64,000 nt of DNA, taken from contig LSRY02000002.1 in assembly GCA_001643675.2 (NCBI GenBank), positions 806,001-870,000 on the forward strand, given 5' to 3'. A program made the translations under genes and the position numbers. The DNA is from Monocercomonoides exilis PA203. Taxonomy: Eukaryota; Protista; Preaxostyla. The notes beneath the pieces were generated by a model. It was not told where the DNA came from, searched no databases, and was given only the letters and a program-made list of their open reading frames with translations. Positions 46,394 to 59,230 of the stretch are shown here, piece after piece; positions within the stretch are counted from its first letter, which is position 1, and every line of letters begins with the position of its first letter.

Positions 46394-48051
46394 ATGTCGT
46401 CCACAAAAGACATTGAAGATATCGATGAAAACGAATCAGAAGATGACGGAATTACAGAAGCTGAAGCAAAGGCGTTTAAAACAGAACTAAAGCGTGATGG
46501 CTATTTATTTAATTTGGGGAGCGTCAAACGCATTGCAGATACGTTGGATAACGTGACAAAAGAAACTGTTTGTGTCACTTCATTTATGATTTAAGAAAAT
46601 ATTTTTTATGTTATTTTCAGTTGAAAAAATCAATTCTCGACCTTGATTTAAAAACTTGCTTTGAAAAAAGTAATTTTGGAGATAGCTATTTTGGAAAAAA
46701 TAATGCTGCCATTGCGGGTCCATATATTTTACAAGTTACTGATATTAGAAATATTTGCCAACCCACATATTCTTCAAATGATTTTCCATCACTTCTTATG
46801 ATCACTTTATCAGATGGATACGCACAAGGAAAAGGAATTATATCCAAGGAAAGAATTCCAGGACTTGACATCCACACACGAATGGGATGCAAACTTTCTT
46901 TGAGAAACGCTCAAACAAGTCACAATATCATTCTTCTCACTCCTCAGAGCGTTAAAGTTCTTGGGGGTTATGTTCCTCAACTCGAGAAAAGTGGCGATGT
47001 TAAAAGAGCAAACATAGCACCTGCTCGTCCTCCTTTTATTCCATTTCAAGCAGGAGGTTCATCAATTATTCCTGGTGGGACAGGAGCTTTCGGTGCAGGA
47101 ACTTCAACTGGAAGAAAGGGAACAGTTTCTTATGCATCTTCTTCAAGAATACCCTCAACCTCTGCTTCTGCTTCTGCTTTTGCTTCTTCTTCTTCTTTTG
47201 CACCATCTCCTTCGCCTTCATCATCGTCTTCATATGTCCCACCTCAAAGGCCATCGACATCTTATGAGAGAAGCAGGCAGTGGAACGAGAAGCCGGGCGA
47301 GAGAGACAACAAGGCCGATCAGGGATGGAAAGTGGCCGGAGTGAAGAAGTTTGGCAGAGAGAACGAGGAAAGAGGAGACAAGAAGACATGGCAGCCAGCA
47401 CAGCGCCAACCTCAGTCTCAGTCTCAGTTTCAGCCTCAGCGCTTTAATAGCTCATTCAAACCAATCCCAGATTCATTTTCTTCTGCTTCTGCACCTGCTT
47501 CTGCACTTGCTCCTGCACCTGTGCCAGCTGCTTCACACTCATACACTTCAAACTACAAACAGCCATTTTCTTCTTCTTCTTCTTCTTCTTCATATGTTCC
47601 AAGACAATCATCAGCACCACAGCCATTTGCAGCGCGGCCAGCCACTGCGTATGCCTCTTCATCGGCTTCTTATTCGCAGCAGTTTCAACCTCAATTTCAA
47701 CAGCCATCACAACAACAACAACAGAGTTCATCGTATGTTCCTCCTGAGAAGATGACGACAGCTGACTTCTTTGCCGGCGTGAATTTGCCTTCTTCCCATT
47801 CTTCTGAGGACGAAGGGCGCAGCGGGAGAGGGTTTGGCGGGAGAGGAGGAAGAGGCGGAGGAAGAGGCGGAGGAAGGGGATTTCGCGGGGGAGGAAGAGG
47901 AAGAGGAAGAGGAGGCGGAAGAGGAGGAGGAGGAGGGTTCAGGGGATATGAACAGAGAGATGAAAGAGGAGGGAGCATGTATTCCGGTGGAGCGGCATCT
48001 GCTGCTTCAGTTCCTCCTTCTTTTGCACCAACAGATTTCCCATCTTTATGA
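46394..48051 (+). CDS. TDRD3/RMI1-like N-terminal OB-fold protein with an RGG tail; intron 46568-46620
   Basis: ILDLDLK...GPYILQVTDIRNICQP...LLMITLSDG...IPGLDIHTRMGCKLSL...ILLTPQSVKVLGGYVPQL, followed by RPPFIPF (TDRD3-like), an RGG box and terminal DFPSL. Confidence 0.8.
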
Positions 48052-48448
48052 TAATTTAAAAAATTTTGAATGCTTTTCTTTATACCAAATGAAAAATCGT
48101 TGTTAAAGAATTATCCTAATTTTTAAATGAAACCAAAACACAAAAAATCCACGGATTTGCTTTGAATAAAATTCAAGCATCAGCGAACACATTTTACGAA
48201 ATTTTAATATTTGTTTGTTTATGGAAAGATATTGTTCCCATAATATATCAAGGTGGATAAAGAAATGATGTGAAGTTTATGATGGGTAGCAGTCAAAATA
48301 ATGAAAATGGAAAGGATCAACCTACATTTTTTCTGGTTGTTTTTTACAATCAACATTAAAATAACATACTTTTTGGGCCAAACGATTTATAGGCTCTCAG
48401 AATTAAATAAACTCTTTACAAAACAAATTAAATTTACAACAATTGATT

Positions 48449-48760
48449 ATGAACGAGTTTCACAAGAATTTTCCGTTCAGAGGCGCACCGTCAAAAACGA
48501 GTATTTCCCCAACCCCATTAGATGATCAATCGAGTATTTCACCGCCAAGAAGAACTCCTCGCGCTGAGATCTCACCTCAAGCACCACCTGGTTCAGCGTT
48601 GCCATTACCGAAAACAATACTTACAATTAAGAGAAGACCCAAGGCTCCAAAAGCAATACGACCTTTTATGCAAATGGAGTATTGAATTAATTATTATCAC
48701 AAATAATTATTTGCTGGAGAAGATTATGTGATAACAACCCTTACCTTTTTAGTTAATTTT
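48449..48760 (+). CDS. Possible small Pro-rich hypothetical protein
   Basis: ORF of about 80 aa with raised GC in AT-rich surroundings; possible intron GTATTG...TTTAG. No homology recognised. Confidence 0.3.
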
Positions 48761-49196
48761 GATTGGCTTTGCCGCTTTTCTCTCCCCTTCTGAAGCACAG
48801 AGCTTGATGAGATATTTTTTACTAACACTCATCAAAGGAGTGCTTCTCAATGGTCCCAAACACTTATATCCGCCGATCAATATCGCAGCATTTTGAAAGA
48901 GAACATGATTGCATCAGATTTCAGCACAAGGTCGGATGACGATCTTCATTTCTTCTTTTTATTTTTGATTGATAACTTCGGGTTGCCATCTTTCCTTTTG
49001 CTGTTACATTATTTGTTAAACTTTTTAATTTAATAATTGTTTGTATTTTTATTTTCATTTGATTCGTAACATGGCATTTTGTCCCTCAATATCACTTCCA
49101 TGTAATATGTACAGGGAATAATTTAAAAATGAATTTTTTTTAAAATAAAATTTTGTGTTAAAGAAATCAAATTTGTTTGAAAAAAAGACAAATAAA

Positions 49197-51872
49197 TTAT
49201 TGAAAAATTTGAGTTGTTAATCTTTTTCGAAATGGAAATTTCATACACAAACTTTTTTTATTTTTTCCAGTGCAAATGCAGAATGGCCGTACAATTACTT
49301 TTTCCTTTATACTTTCCGTTAGGAACATATGGGCATTATCGATATAATTTTTGACGTCGATTCCTTTCTTTTTCATTCTGCTGAGTTTCCTCGGGTGAAA
49401 AACAGAATCCGCATATCTTGTGAACCATTCTGCTGGATCGATGGTGATATGAATTTTGCCAACATCTGGAAATTGAGATGCTTCAGCAGGCAAAAGATGC
49501 AGCACGGAAGCAGGATTTTGCGAATTTTCATCGTAACATGATGTTGGGTTAAGATTGAACAATGATTGAAAATAGTGCGCGAAAGATGGAAATTCTGTTG
49601 ATTGATTAACATCTTTGTTCACTTGAAATATCTTTTGAGATGGTTGAAGCGGAACCCGAGATTTATCATTCTGCTTTTGTTCCTGAAGAGTTTGTTCAGG
49701 TGAAAGCAGTTGGTTTGTTTGAAGCAATGAATTTTTTATGTGGAACTTGGACGATTGCTGAAAATAAGGACGTTCGTTTCGTAGTTGAAAAGAGGGATTA
49801 AACGATGTATGAACAAAAGGAGAAGAATTTTGATAATGCAAAAGTTGACGAGATGGAGAATGAAATGCAAAAGATGATAAAAATGCTCCACATTCACGAG
49901 GAAATGAAGAATTTTCTTGAAATTTTATTTCTGATGGTGCTTGAGCAGATTGAGAATGATGCAAAAACAGAAGAGGATTCGAAGACGTGAGTGGATGCAT
50001 AACATCACGATGCAATCCAACAGATGAAGGTGAAAGTGAAGTAAAAGATGGCTCATGGGTTCCCTCTTTTGAAGAATAAATTCCACCTGATTTCTCATCC
50101 TTCTTAATTTGATCATTGAAATAGCTGTCTTTATTTCTCGTTGTGCTGAAGCAGAAGTCAGAAGTATTTTTTGTATCTGATCCATTTTCATTGGTCTTTT
50201 CACTGTGAATGAAATTCCCTTTGCTTTCCTCGATTCCAGCATTCTTTTCCTTTTCTTCCCAATACCTCTCAAAATCGCTCATCTCCATCTTCTTCTCTTC
50301 CTTTTCTCTCTTCTTTTCGTACTGTTGAATCTTCATCTTCAGCGCCTCAAGCTGCTCTCCAGTCAAATTCAGCACTTCTTCATTCTTCAGCAGATCCTTC
50401 AGCTCTTCCAATGTTGTAGCTCTTGCATCTTTTTCATTCCCTTCCTTCACTTCACCCTCGTCCCTTGAACATAACTTCGCTTCAGCTTCATCCCACATCA
50501 ACCTTTCATCATTGTCTTTTATCCACGGCTTCCTCACCCACTCCCCAAACAGCTTCCAGTGCTGCTTGGCTTCTCGTATCTGATTCTTCACAACCGTTCT
50601 TCTCCTTTTCATGATTTTAATTTCTGCGCTTGAATTTGACTCATTGCAATTGGGTTGATTAATGTCAGAAGCTTTATCAAATGATAAATAATCTTCAGAA
50701 TGCTCCAAAATATCTCCCTTTGTTTTATTCGTGCTTGTTGCATTTCCAACATTACTCCCTTTAAACTCTTTTGTTACTCCATCTTCTATTTCCTCAATCC
50801 CTTTGTCCCTTTTCCCATTCTTCGCATTGATAACAATATTTGCCCCAACAGAACCAGCGTCTTCTCTTCCGTCTCCAAGAAGCGAGCGTTGCACATCCTC
50901 GTTTTGCCAGCGCAGAAGCATCTCCGTCCTTTTGTGCTGTGCCATCGACGATTGCTTCTTCCCGTCGCAGAGGTAGTCACAGTCCGGAATGAACCGGTCC
51001 TGGAAGCGCGGGTCCGGGTTCCAGTGCTCAATGTTCTCCTCCAAAAGAGAGTCGATGTCGGATGAAACAGATGCTGTTGTTGGCGAACTGATAGTGCGCG
51101 GCATTAGTGAAACAGGAGAATGAGATTGAGAATGAGTGCTTTCTGTTTGTTGTGGCTCGTCTGAAGGAATTGCACTTGAAGATTCGTTTGCCTCGCGCAT
51201 CTTTTTCTCTGCAATTTCCTTTGCTTTCAGTTGACGATATTCCTCTCCAATATCCGCATAAAAATTAGATGGTGTATAAATTTCTATTTTCTGGATTTTA
51301 ACTTGCCGATTTTTCTTTTCCTTTGACCGTTCTTTCGATTGTTGTTCGCAATTATCATCCGGTTGTTCGTTTATTAAAATTTTCTCGGATTCTAGTTTGA
51401 TTTTATGAATGCATTCTTTTTTTTCGCAATCTTGTTTATTTAATTCTTTTGAGTTCTCAAAGCCTTGTCCAGTTGAAAATGGAATAAATTGCAATCTTTC
51501 TTGTTCAGAATATTTTGATGTGGTAGAATCCGTTGATGCTGGCTTTCGAGAATAAAGTTCCGCACAAGTTGTCATGCTCATATCACACGAAAAATTCGCT
51601 TGTGGATCATCCTTTCTCAATTGAATTTTTTCATGAATAAGGTTATATGGTAAAGAAGATATATCAGACGGTAAATAAGTTGGACGAGAAGTAGTTGCGC
51701 TATTCATTGCGGAACTGAAAGATGAAAAATTTATTGGATCACAAAACATTCTATTTTCGAAATTACCAGAAGAACGTTTTGGAAAATTCGAATCTGTTAT
51801 TTTATGAAAAAAATTAAATGACTTTTGTCTTTCGACTTGAACGTTTGGTGAAAAATTTTGTTCTTTATCCAT
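49197..51872 (-). CDS. Hypothetical protein of about 890 aa, low-complexity/coiled-coil
   Basis: Uninterrupted 2.7-kb ORF; first ATG at 51872; no domain recognised. Confidence 0.65.
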   Translation of the reverse strand: MDKEQNFSPNVQVERQKSFNFFHKITDSNFPKRSSGNFENRMFCDPINFSSFSSAMNSATTSRPTYLPSDISSLPYNLIHEKIQLRKDDPQANFSCDMSMTTCAELYSRKPASTDSTTSKYSEQERLQFIPFSTGQGFENSKELNKQDCEKKECIHKIKLESEKILINEQPDDNCEQQSKERSKEKKNRQVKIQKIEIYTPSNFYADIGEEYRQLKAKEIAEKKMREANESSSAIPSDEPQQTESTHSQSHSPVSLMPRTISSPTTASVSSDIDSLLEENIEHWNPDPRFQDRFIPDCDYLCDGKKQSSMAQHKRTEMLLRWQNEDVQRSLLGDGREDAGSVGANIVINAKNGKRDKGIEEIEDGVTKEFKGSNVGNATSTNKTKGDILEHSEDYLSFDKASDINQPNCNESNSSAEIKIMKRRRTVVKNQIREAKQHWKLFGEWVRKPWIKDNDERLMWDEAEAKLCSRDEGEVKEGNEKDARATTLEELKDLLKNEEVLNLTGEQLEALKMKIQQYEKKREKEEKKMEMSDFERYWEEKEKNAGIEESKGNFIHSEKTNENGSDTKNTSDFCFSTTRNKDSYFNDQIKKDEKSGGIYSSKEGTHEPSFTSLSPSSVGLHRDVMHPLTSSNPLLFLHHSQSAQAPSEIKFQENSSFPRECGAFLSSFAFHSPSRQLLHYQNSSPFVHTSFNPSFQLRNERPYFQQSSKFHIKNSLLQTNQLLSPEQTLQEQKQNDKSRVPLQPSQKIFQVNKDVNQSTEFPSFAHYFQSLFNLNPTSCYDENSQNPASVLHLLPAEASQFPDVGKIHITIDPAEWFTRYADSVFHPRKLSRMKKKGIDVKNYIDNAHMFLTESIKEKVIVRPFCICTGKNKKSLCMKFPFRKRLTTQIFQ

Positions 51873-52220
51873 TATTCCCTCTTTATTTGGCAAAAGATCG
51901 AATAACTGGCTGGAAATCTGATAATAATTAATAATCGATTTAAGTTATGAAAAAAGTCGAAGTTTGCATATTTCAAATACAATCATTAAACATTAACAAA
52001 CCACTAATGTTTCATTTTGCATGTAAAGTGAATGTCTTTAACAATTCAAGCATAAATATATGTTAAGCAGAAAATGAATATTTTACTGTGTAAATGTCTT
52101 TTCTAAATTGAGCGTTTAATGCAAGAAATAACAGGGGCAAAATAGAAAAAATTTCTAATAAATTTTAATGTGGTTCAATAAATGACATGACATGATCGTG
52201 CCCCATTTATATAAAGTGAA

Positions 52221-54066
52221 ATGATTCCTGGAGTTAAAAGAGGAGATACTATACATTATCGAGATCTCATTACAGAAGTTGCGAAGGCAACGTATGAAGG
52301 AAATTTGGTTGAAAGAATTGATCTTATTCCAATTGAACTATGCTGTGAAGGAAGAGACACAAATTTACAGCCAACACTTGAAGAAGGTGTAAACAAACAT
52401 AAATAAATTATAGAATTTATAATAAATCGATTTTTTCTCTGGAATTAAGACAGAAGCATCTCTCGATTGCGCTTAAAAGCAATCCTCGGATTCGATTTAA
52501 AAGAAGAAAAAGGAAGCGAATTGGATCTGAAAGCACTCGCACAGCAAGCTCTTAAACGTAAAACAAAAGAATATATACCGTTGGTTGCTGTTGCGAAAGA
52601 AGTCTGCCGTTTTTTCTCTTTTCCAGATTGCTTAATCACGTCACTGAAAATATTGCTTTTTTTATCTTTTTTAGGCATGCCATAAATGCAATCAATCAAA
52701 ATACTACGTAACAAATAGTTGTGAAGGTTGTATTGCACGTCCATGCATGCTTAATTGCCCAACAAAGGCAATATCAAGAATAAATGGAAAAGCTGTAATC
52801 AACCCGGAAAAGTGCATTGCATGTGGTAAATGCGCATCATTATGTCCATATAACGCAATTCACAAAAAGCACATTCCATGCGTTGAAATATGCCCAGTTG
52901 GTGCTGTATCAAAAGATGAGCACGGGTACAGTAAGATTGATTTTGAAAAATGCATTCACTGTGGGAAATGTATGGTCAACTGTCCATTCAACGCAATCTT
53001 AATGCCGTCGCAAATTGTGGATGTTGTTAATAGCATCAAAAACGGGCGAAGAGTCGTTGCTATGCTGGCGCCTGCGATTCTCGGCCAGTTTGGAGGAACA
53101 GTTCCTCAACTGCACCAAGCTTTGCTGAACTGCGGGTTTCACGAAATGGTAGAGGTGGCTGCAGGCGCAGATGTGACTTCGCTGATGGAGGCAGAAGAGT
53201 TTATTGCTCACGTTGGTTCTGGCAAGCAGCCATTGATGACAACATCCTGCTGCCCTGCATTCTTCCAGTGCGTTCATAAGCACGCGCCGAAGCTGGCGCA
53301 ATTTGTGTCGCACACGGGCTCTCCGATGCATTATGCAGCAGAGCTTGTGAAGAAGAGAGATCCAGAAGCAGTCACTGTGTTTGTCGGGCCTTGTGTGGCA
53401 AAGCGCGCGGAAGGGCTGCGCAGGGCGAATGTGGATTTTGTTCTGACAGCCGAGGAGTTGCTGTGCATCTTCATGGCAAAGAACATCGAAGTCGCCAAAG
53501 TTGCTGTGAGCGAAGACCCCAGGAAGACGCGCGAAGCTTCAAGAGAAGGCACATACTACGCGGTGACACAGGGCGTAGCTGCGGCTGTGAAGGATGCTGT
53601 TCCTGCTGCTCTTTCGAGACTGGCAAAGCACGGAGGAGAGCATATTGATCCGCTGGTTGGGCCTGTGTCCCAGCTGGAGTCTGCAAAGCTCGATGAATGC
53701 TCAGTGAAGGAGGATCCGAACTTAGCAGATGAGTCGTCAAAGGCTCCAGTGACTCCAATGCCTGGAAAGGGAGAATCGCCTGAAATGGCATCTTCGTCAT
53801 CCACTCCATCAGATGCCAAGCCTGCTGTTGATTATAGACCTATTTATATTGCGCCACTTGACAGGAAAGCTGTGAACTTATTGAAGCAATGGGGAGAAAA
53901 ACCAGAAACGTGCCCAGGAAATCTTGTTGAGTGCATGGCGTGCGACGGAGGTTGTGTTGGTGGACCTGGTGCTGTTGCTCTTGCAACCCTTGGAAAAGGT
54001 CGTTTGACTGCTCTTTACAAGCAAAGAATCGAATTCAAAGACATTGAAGATGTGATGGCTCTTTAA
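52221..54066 (+). CDS. hydA: Monomeric [FeFe]-hydrogenase, group B-like, with N-terminal ferredoxin clusters; exons 52221-52386, 52450-52601, 52675-54066
   Basis: H-cluster motifs TTSCCPAF, GPCVAKRAE and ECMACDGGCVGG. Fe-S motifs ACHKC...CEGCIARPCMLNCP, CIACGKCASLCP and CIHCGKCMVNCP. Two GT-AG introns restore the frame. Confidence 0.93.
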
Positions 54067-54377
54067 TATTCAGAATTATTGAATAAAATTACAACATTTG
54101 GAATTGTAATGCGAAAGTCAGCTGGAACAATTGAGGAAATATTATTTTGAGATTGATTAAAGAAAGTTTTTTGAATGTTTTTGTTAATTTTTAACATTTC
54201 TTTTTTTCAATACGACTTATTTCTAAATTTCATTTTTGCTATGCGCTTCGGATTGTTGTAGTTCTCTTTCGATTTTTAAATAAACACGCAAAAATTTTTT
54301 ATATTGATCTTTTTAACCAGGGGATTTTTTGAACCAACTCTAAATTTCGAAAAACTATTTTTTAATTAAAAACTTGG

Positions 54378-57300
54378 ATGCTTCTTTCCACATGGCTTGG
54401 AATTGGTGTACATGCATATTTTGCAGCGTCAGCTGATGGCGCCAATACGAATGATGAGACTACTCAAAAAGTTCTTTTTGCTCTTGAAATTGTCGCAATT
54501 GTCGTTCTTCTGATGCTTGCGGCTGTATTTTCTGGTTTGAATCAAAAATTTATATAATTGTGCGTTGATTAAAATTAATTTTAGGATTAAATCTTGGGTT
54601 GCTTGCTCTCGACAAGATTAATCTTCAAATTTTATATGATCTTGGTTCTGAGGTCGATAAAAAGCGAGTGAAGAAAATTCTCCGAGTGCGTAAGAATGGC
54701 ATGTTATTCGTTAATTTATTTTAACTTTATTTAATATTTTCAATTGCTTTAATAGATAACGTTCTTCTTTGTACGCTATTGTTCGGAAATGGTTTGTTTC
54801 GTTGTTTCTTCATAAAATTTTAGCAGTTTTTGTATTTCCTTATTTAGTTATGGTGAATATGGCCATTTCATTGATTATGGAATCAATTAGTTCTGGATTG
54901 ATTGCCTTTTTTGTATCATCGTTTTTGACTGTTATTTTTGGTGAAATTATTCCACAAGCCATTTGCACCCGTCACGGACTTGCAGTAGGTGCTGCACTGT
55001 GGTGGCTGGTATTCTTTTTTATGGTGATTCTATTTCCATTTGTTTATCCAATGGGTAAACTTCTCGACGCTATTCTTGGAGAAGAAGTGGGAAACACTTA
55101 CAACAGAAATCAATTAAAAAAACTGATTCAAATACATGCAGATGAAGACATTCAAGCGCTTTATTCGAAAAACGAGCAGATTGATCAATCAGACTTATTC
55201 CTTATTGGGAATTCAATTGATTTTGCTCAGAAGGAGCTGAAGGAAGTTATGACTCCAATTGAAGAAGTGTTTATGCTTGAAGCGTCGACAATTGTGGATG
55301 CAACAACAATTGACAGGATTATCCAAAGTGGGTTTAGCAGAATTCCCATTTACGATTCCTCTTTCTCGTCCACCATTTCAATCTTTTCATCTGAGAATCA
55401 GAGACTGGCAAAAGGTGTGACATTTTAAATTGAAATTCATTATTCATTTATATTTATGTTTTTATTTCTGAAACGTTTTCTTCTTCTTCGATATACCTTT
55501 ATCTGCCATATCACATCCACTTTCATTTTTTTGATTTTGATTTTTAAATTTTTTTTTCTTTAAAATTTCAGCATCATCCAACTCCTTCACATACCCTATC
55601 ATTGGCTACATCCAAACAAAAGATCTTCTTCTTCTCTTAAATTCCTTTAACCAAACTCAATCTGTCTCGTCTCTTTCTCTTCCTTCTCTTTCCTCAACTG
55701 CCATCAACCCACCTGCCACACCCTCCGAAGATGAAAAAGGAAATTCGACAAACCCAACTTCTTCTATTATTTCTTCTTCTTCCTCATCATCTTCACTTCC
55801 TTTGTCCTCTGACACAATGTCAAAGAACCTCTCTGTATATTCCATCTTCTCTTATTTCGGAAAACCCGTTCTGTTTATGCCTGAAGCATCGCGTCTGCCG
55901 TATGTGATGCAGAAGATGAAAGGCCACGACGACAGAGCCAGCAAAAAGAAGAGGAAGAAGAAGGATTCTGTGAAGGAAAACGAGCAGAATGCGAAAGGGA
56001 AAAAAGGGAAGAAATCGAAGAAATCGAAGAAAGAGCAGAAAGAAGCAGATTTGCACCAGCCAGAGGAGCCAGAAGAGATGGAGACGTTGTTCTCGACCAC
56101 GTCGAATGTGTTTCCGTCGTTCATGCCAGCCGCCGAGAGCGGGGTGCAGAAGGCGTATGGGATGTGTGTGGTGTACCGAGTGAACAACGAAGGAGAATCT
56201 GACCCGTTTTTCGAGACGGTTGGGATAGTGTCGCGGAATGACATCATCGAAGAGCTGATTGGAGAAGACGCAGATGCAGAAGGAGCGAATGCGGGGAAGA
56301 GGAAGAAGAGAGAGGAGCCAAAAGTCGAATCGACGAATCCGTTTGAGAAGAAGAAGAAGAAGAAGAGGAATGAGGAGGAGGAGGAAGAGGAGGAGAACGA
56401 AGAAGACGAGGAAGAGAAGCAGGCAGAAGAGAACAGGAGGAAGCTGGAGCAGGCGTTTATCTTTGTGGATGATGAAGGCCGTGTGGTGGATGTGCACCAG
56501 GTGAATCCGAACTGGCTGGAGGACAGAGAAGAAGAGGAGCACCAGCTGGCAATGAAGGCGAATGGACAAGTGAATGGAGAGCAGGAGCAGTCAGAGGACG
56601 AGTCAAAAGGGAGGGACAGTAATAATAACAAGAAGAAGGAGAAGAAGAAGGGATTTTCGTTGTTTGGGCGGAAAGGGAAAGACGGAGAGAAGAAGAAGCT
56701 GAAGGAGAAAGGAGGGAAAGGAGGGAAAGGGGGAGGGTATGGGACATTGGGTTCGAGTGAAGAAGAAGGCTGGGCGCAGTCATTTGATGGGATGAACGAA
56801 GACGACAAGCTGAGAGTCAGCTTGCTTTCTGTGCAGGAGAAAGGGAAGTGTTCGAATGGGAAAGGAGAAGAAGGAGGAGCGAGTAAAGATGAGCATATTG
56901 ATGGATCGATGGAGAAAGCGACGAATGTGATAGGCGGATATCAGTCACATGACATCATCAAAGCCACTTCCTCTTCATCATCATCTTCTTCCTCTTCCTC
57001 CTCCTCTTCCACCTCCACCTCTGCTCCCACCTCCTCCCTCTCCTTCCTGATGCGTCTCCACCCGCACCACCCTCACCATCAGCAGCGCTACCACCACCAC
57101 ATCTGGCGCGTCTGCCCGCCTGCTTTTGACTTCGCCCCGACACAAATACAGTTCCTGTCTGAGTATTTGTGGAGGACTATCCCCAATCTCTTTGGGAAAG
57201 GGGCTAGTTCTGGGCTTTCTTTGGCTGATGGGCGTGGTTCGTATTCGAATTCATCTTTGTCATCATCATCATCTTCTTCTTCTTCTTCTTCTTCATTCCC

Positions 57301-58378
57301 ACCTGTTCCACCTGCTTTCTTGTCATCTGTGCGTCTTCTGATCTCGATGTCATCAGCATATCTGGTGCCCAGTTTTGATAAAGACAAATACATCAAAGAG
57401 AAGATTGAGGAAGAGAAGGAGAAGCTGGCGGTGCTGGAGAGAGAGAAAGAGAGGCTGGAGCAAGAAGAAGAGGAAGCGAGGGAGAAAGAAGAGGAAGAAG
57501 AGAAAGAAGAAGCCGAAGGAAAAAGAAGGCATCGAAGACACAGAAGGAACAAGGAGAAGAAAGAGAAGAAAGAAAGCGACGACGAAAGCTCTTCAGACAC
57601 AAACGAAAACGACGAAAAAATCAAAGAAAAACAGAAATTGCGAGCCGCCGCTGCTGCCACAGCTGCTGCTGAGTTATCAGCATCGCTTTTCTCTTCCTCT
57701 TCTTCCTTTGCCCAGACGCTTTCGCTCTCTGCCATCCCGTTCCAGTCTAAAGTGTGCATCCAGGGGATGCCGTCACCCGATATGGCGATTCTTCTGAGTG
57801 GGAAACTGGAGGTGTTCTACATATCAGCCACAGGAAACAGAATCAGTGTGGATTTCTTGAGTACTCCGTATGCGCTGCTCAACCCGGTAGCGCCTGTCAG
57901 ACCGCTTTTGTGGCAGGAAGAGGCGATGAAGACGATGGAGCAGAGGAGAGAGAAGGAGAGGAGAATGAACGAGAAGATGAGGAGCAAGATGCAGGGGAGG
58001 CTGGAGAGGATGAAGAGACAAGGAGAAGGAGAAGGAGATAAAGAAGAGGAAAAGGAAGAGAAGGAAGAAGAAGAAGAAGATTCACTCACAGAAAAGCCGA
58101 TCGAAACAGGGCTTCCTTCGTGGAGCGACCTGGCGTCAGCGTCAGTTGCCAGCAAGTTCCATCTGTCTCCTGAGATGTTCTCGAGTTCTGCTGAGCTTTC
58201 TTCCTCGCCTTTCTTCCACAATTCACGTTTGTCCCTGTTTACAGCAGCGGCAGTGGGTACGTCTCCTGCGCTGCTGCTGTTTATTAAGCAGACAGATATT
58301 GACAGGGTGATTGATGCGATGAAGTTTGAGGAGGAGATGAAGAAGGAGAGCGAGTCCGGGAAGCAGAAGGCGGAGTAA
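54378..58378 (+). CDS. CNNM/DUF21-CBS metal (Mg2+) transporter-like protein with a degenerate CNBH domain; four introns
   Basis: AAVFS|GLNLGLLALD, NVLLCTLLFGN, IFGEIIPQAIC, VMTPIEEVFML, SGFSRIPIYD, IIGYIQTKDLL, VGIVSRNDIIEELIGE, and ILLSGKLEV. Confidence 0.88.
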
Positions 58379-58750
58379 AAGGGGAAGAAGTGGGGAAGAT
58401 GAGGGGAAGGTGAGGAAGAAGAGGAAGGAAAATGTGAGGTTTAATAATAATATAGCAATGATAATAACAGTGACGATAACAAAAAAGTGGAAGTGAGTGT
58501 GAGGAACTTTCAAATTGTTAGAAATATGTTTTTTATCAAATGAAAAAATTGAGTTGGATTAGCAAGGCACCTTATTTTGTACCTTTTCGTTTGTGTTGAT
58601 AAAAAAAAAAGGAATAAGCAATTTGTATTTTATTTTGCATCTAATTCTGGGTCTTTTCTTTCACAGCAACTTCCTTTCTCTTTCTCTCATACGAGTTGCA
58701 TTCACCAAAATGTTGATTGAAATAAATGTTTGAAATAAAAATAATTTTCT

Positions 58751-59230
58751 CTTTTCTTTTCTTTTCTTTTCTTTTCTTTTCTTTTCTTTTCTTTTCTTTT
58801 CTTTTCTTTTCTTTTTCTTTTCTTTTCTTTTTCTTTTCTTTTCTTTTCTTTTTCTTTTCTTTTCTTTTCTTTTCTTTTCTTTTTCTTTTCTTTTTCTTTT
58901 CTTTTCTTTTCTTTTCTTTTCTTTTCTTTTCTTTTCTTTTCTTTTCTTTTCTTTTCTTTTCTTTTCTTTTCTTTTCTTTTCTTTTCTTTTCTTTTCTTTT
59001 CTTTTCTTTTCTTTTCTTTTCTTTTCTTTTCTTTTCTTTTCTTTTCTTTTCTTTTCTTTTCTTTTCTTTTCTTTTCTTTTCTTTTCTTTTCTTTTCTTTT
59101 CTTTTCTTTTCTTTTCTTTTCTTTTCTTTTCTTTTCTTTTCTTTTCTTTTCTTTTCTTTTCTTTTCTTTTCTTTTCTTTTCTTTTCTTTTCTTTTCTTTT
59201 CTTTTCTTTTCTTTTCTTTTCTTTTCTTTC
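58751..59230. repeat. (CTTTT)n microsatellite of about 480 bp
   Basis: Seen directly; a few variant units near 58810-58895. Confidence 0.98.

Noticed and set aside
48752-49030. Selenocysteine read-through of the TGA near 48790
   Set aside because: No recognisable selenoprotein fold or SECIS, and the gene model itself is weak.
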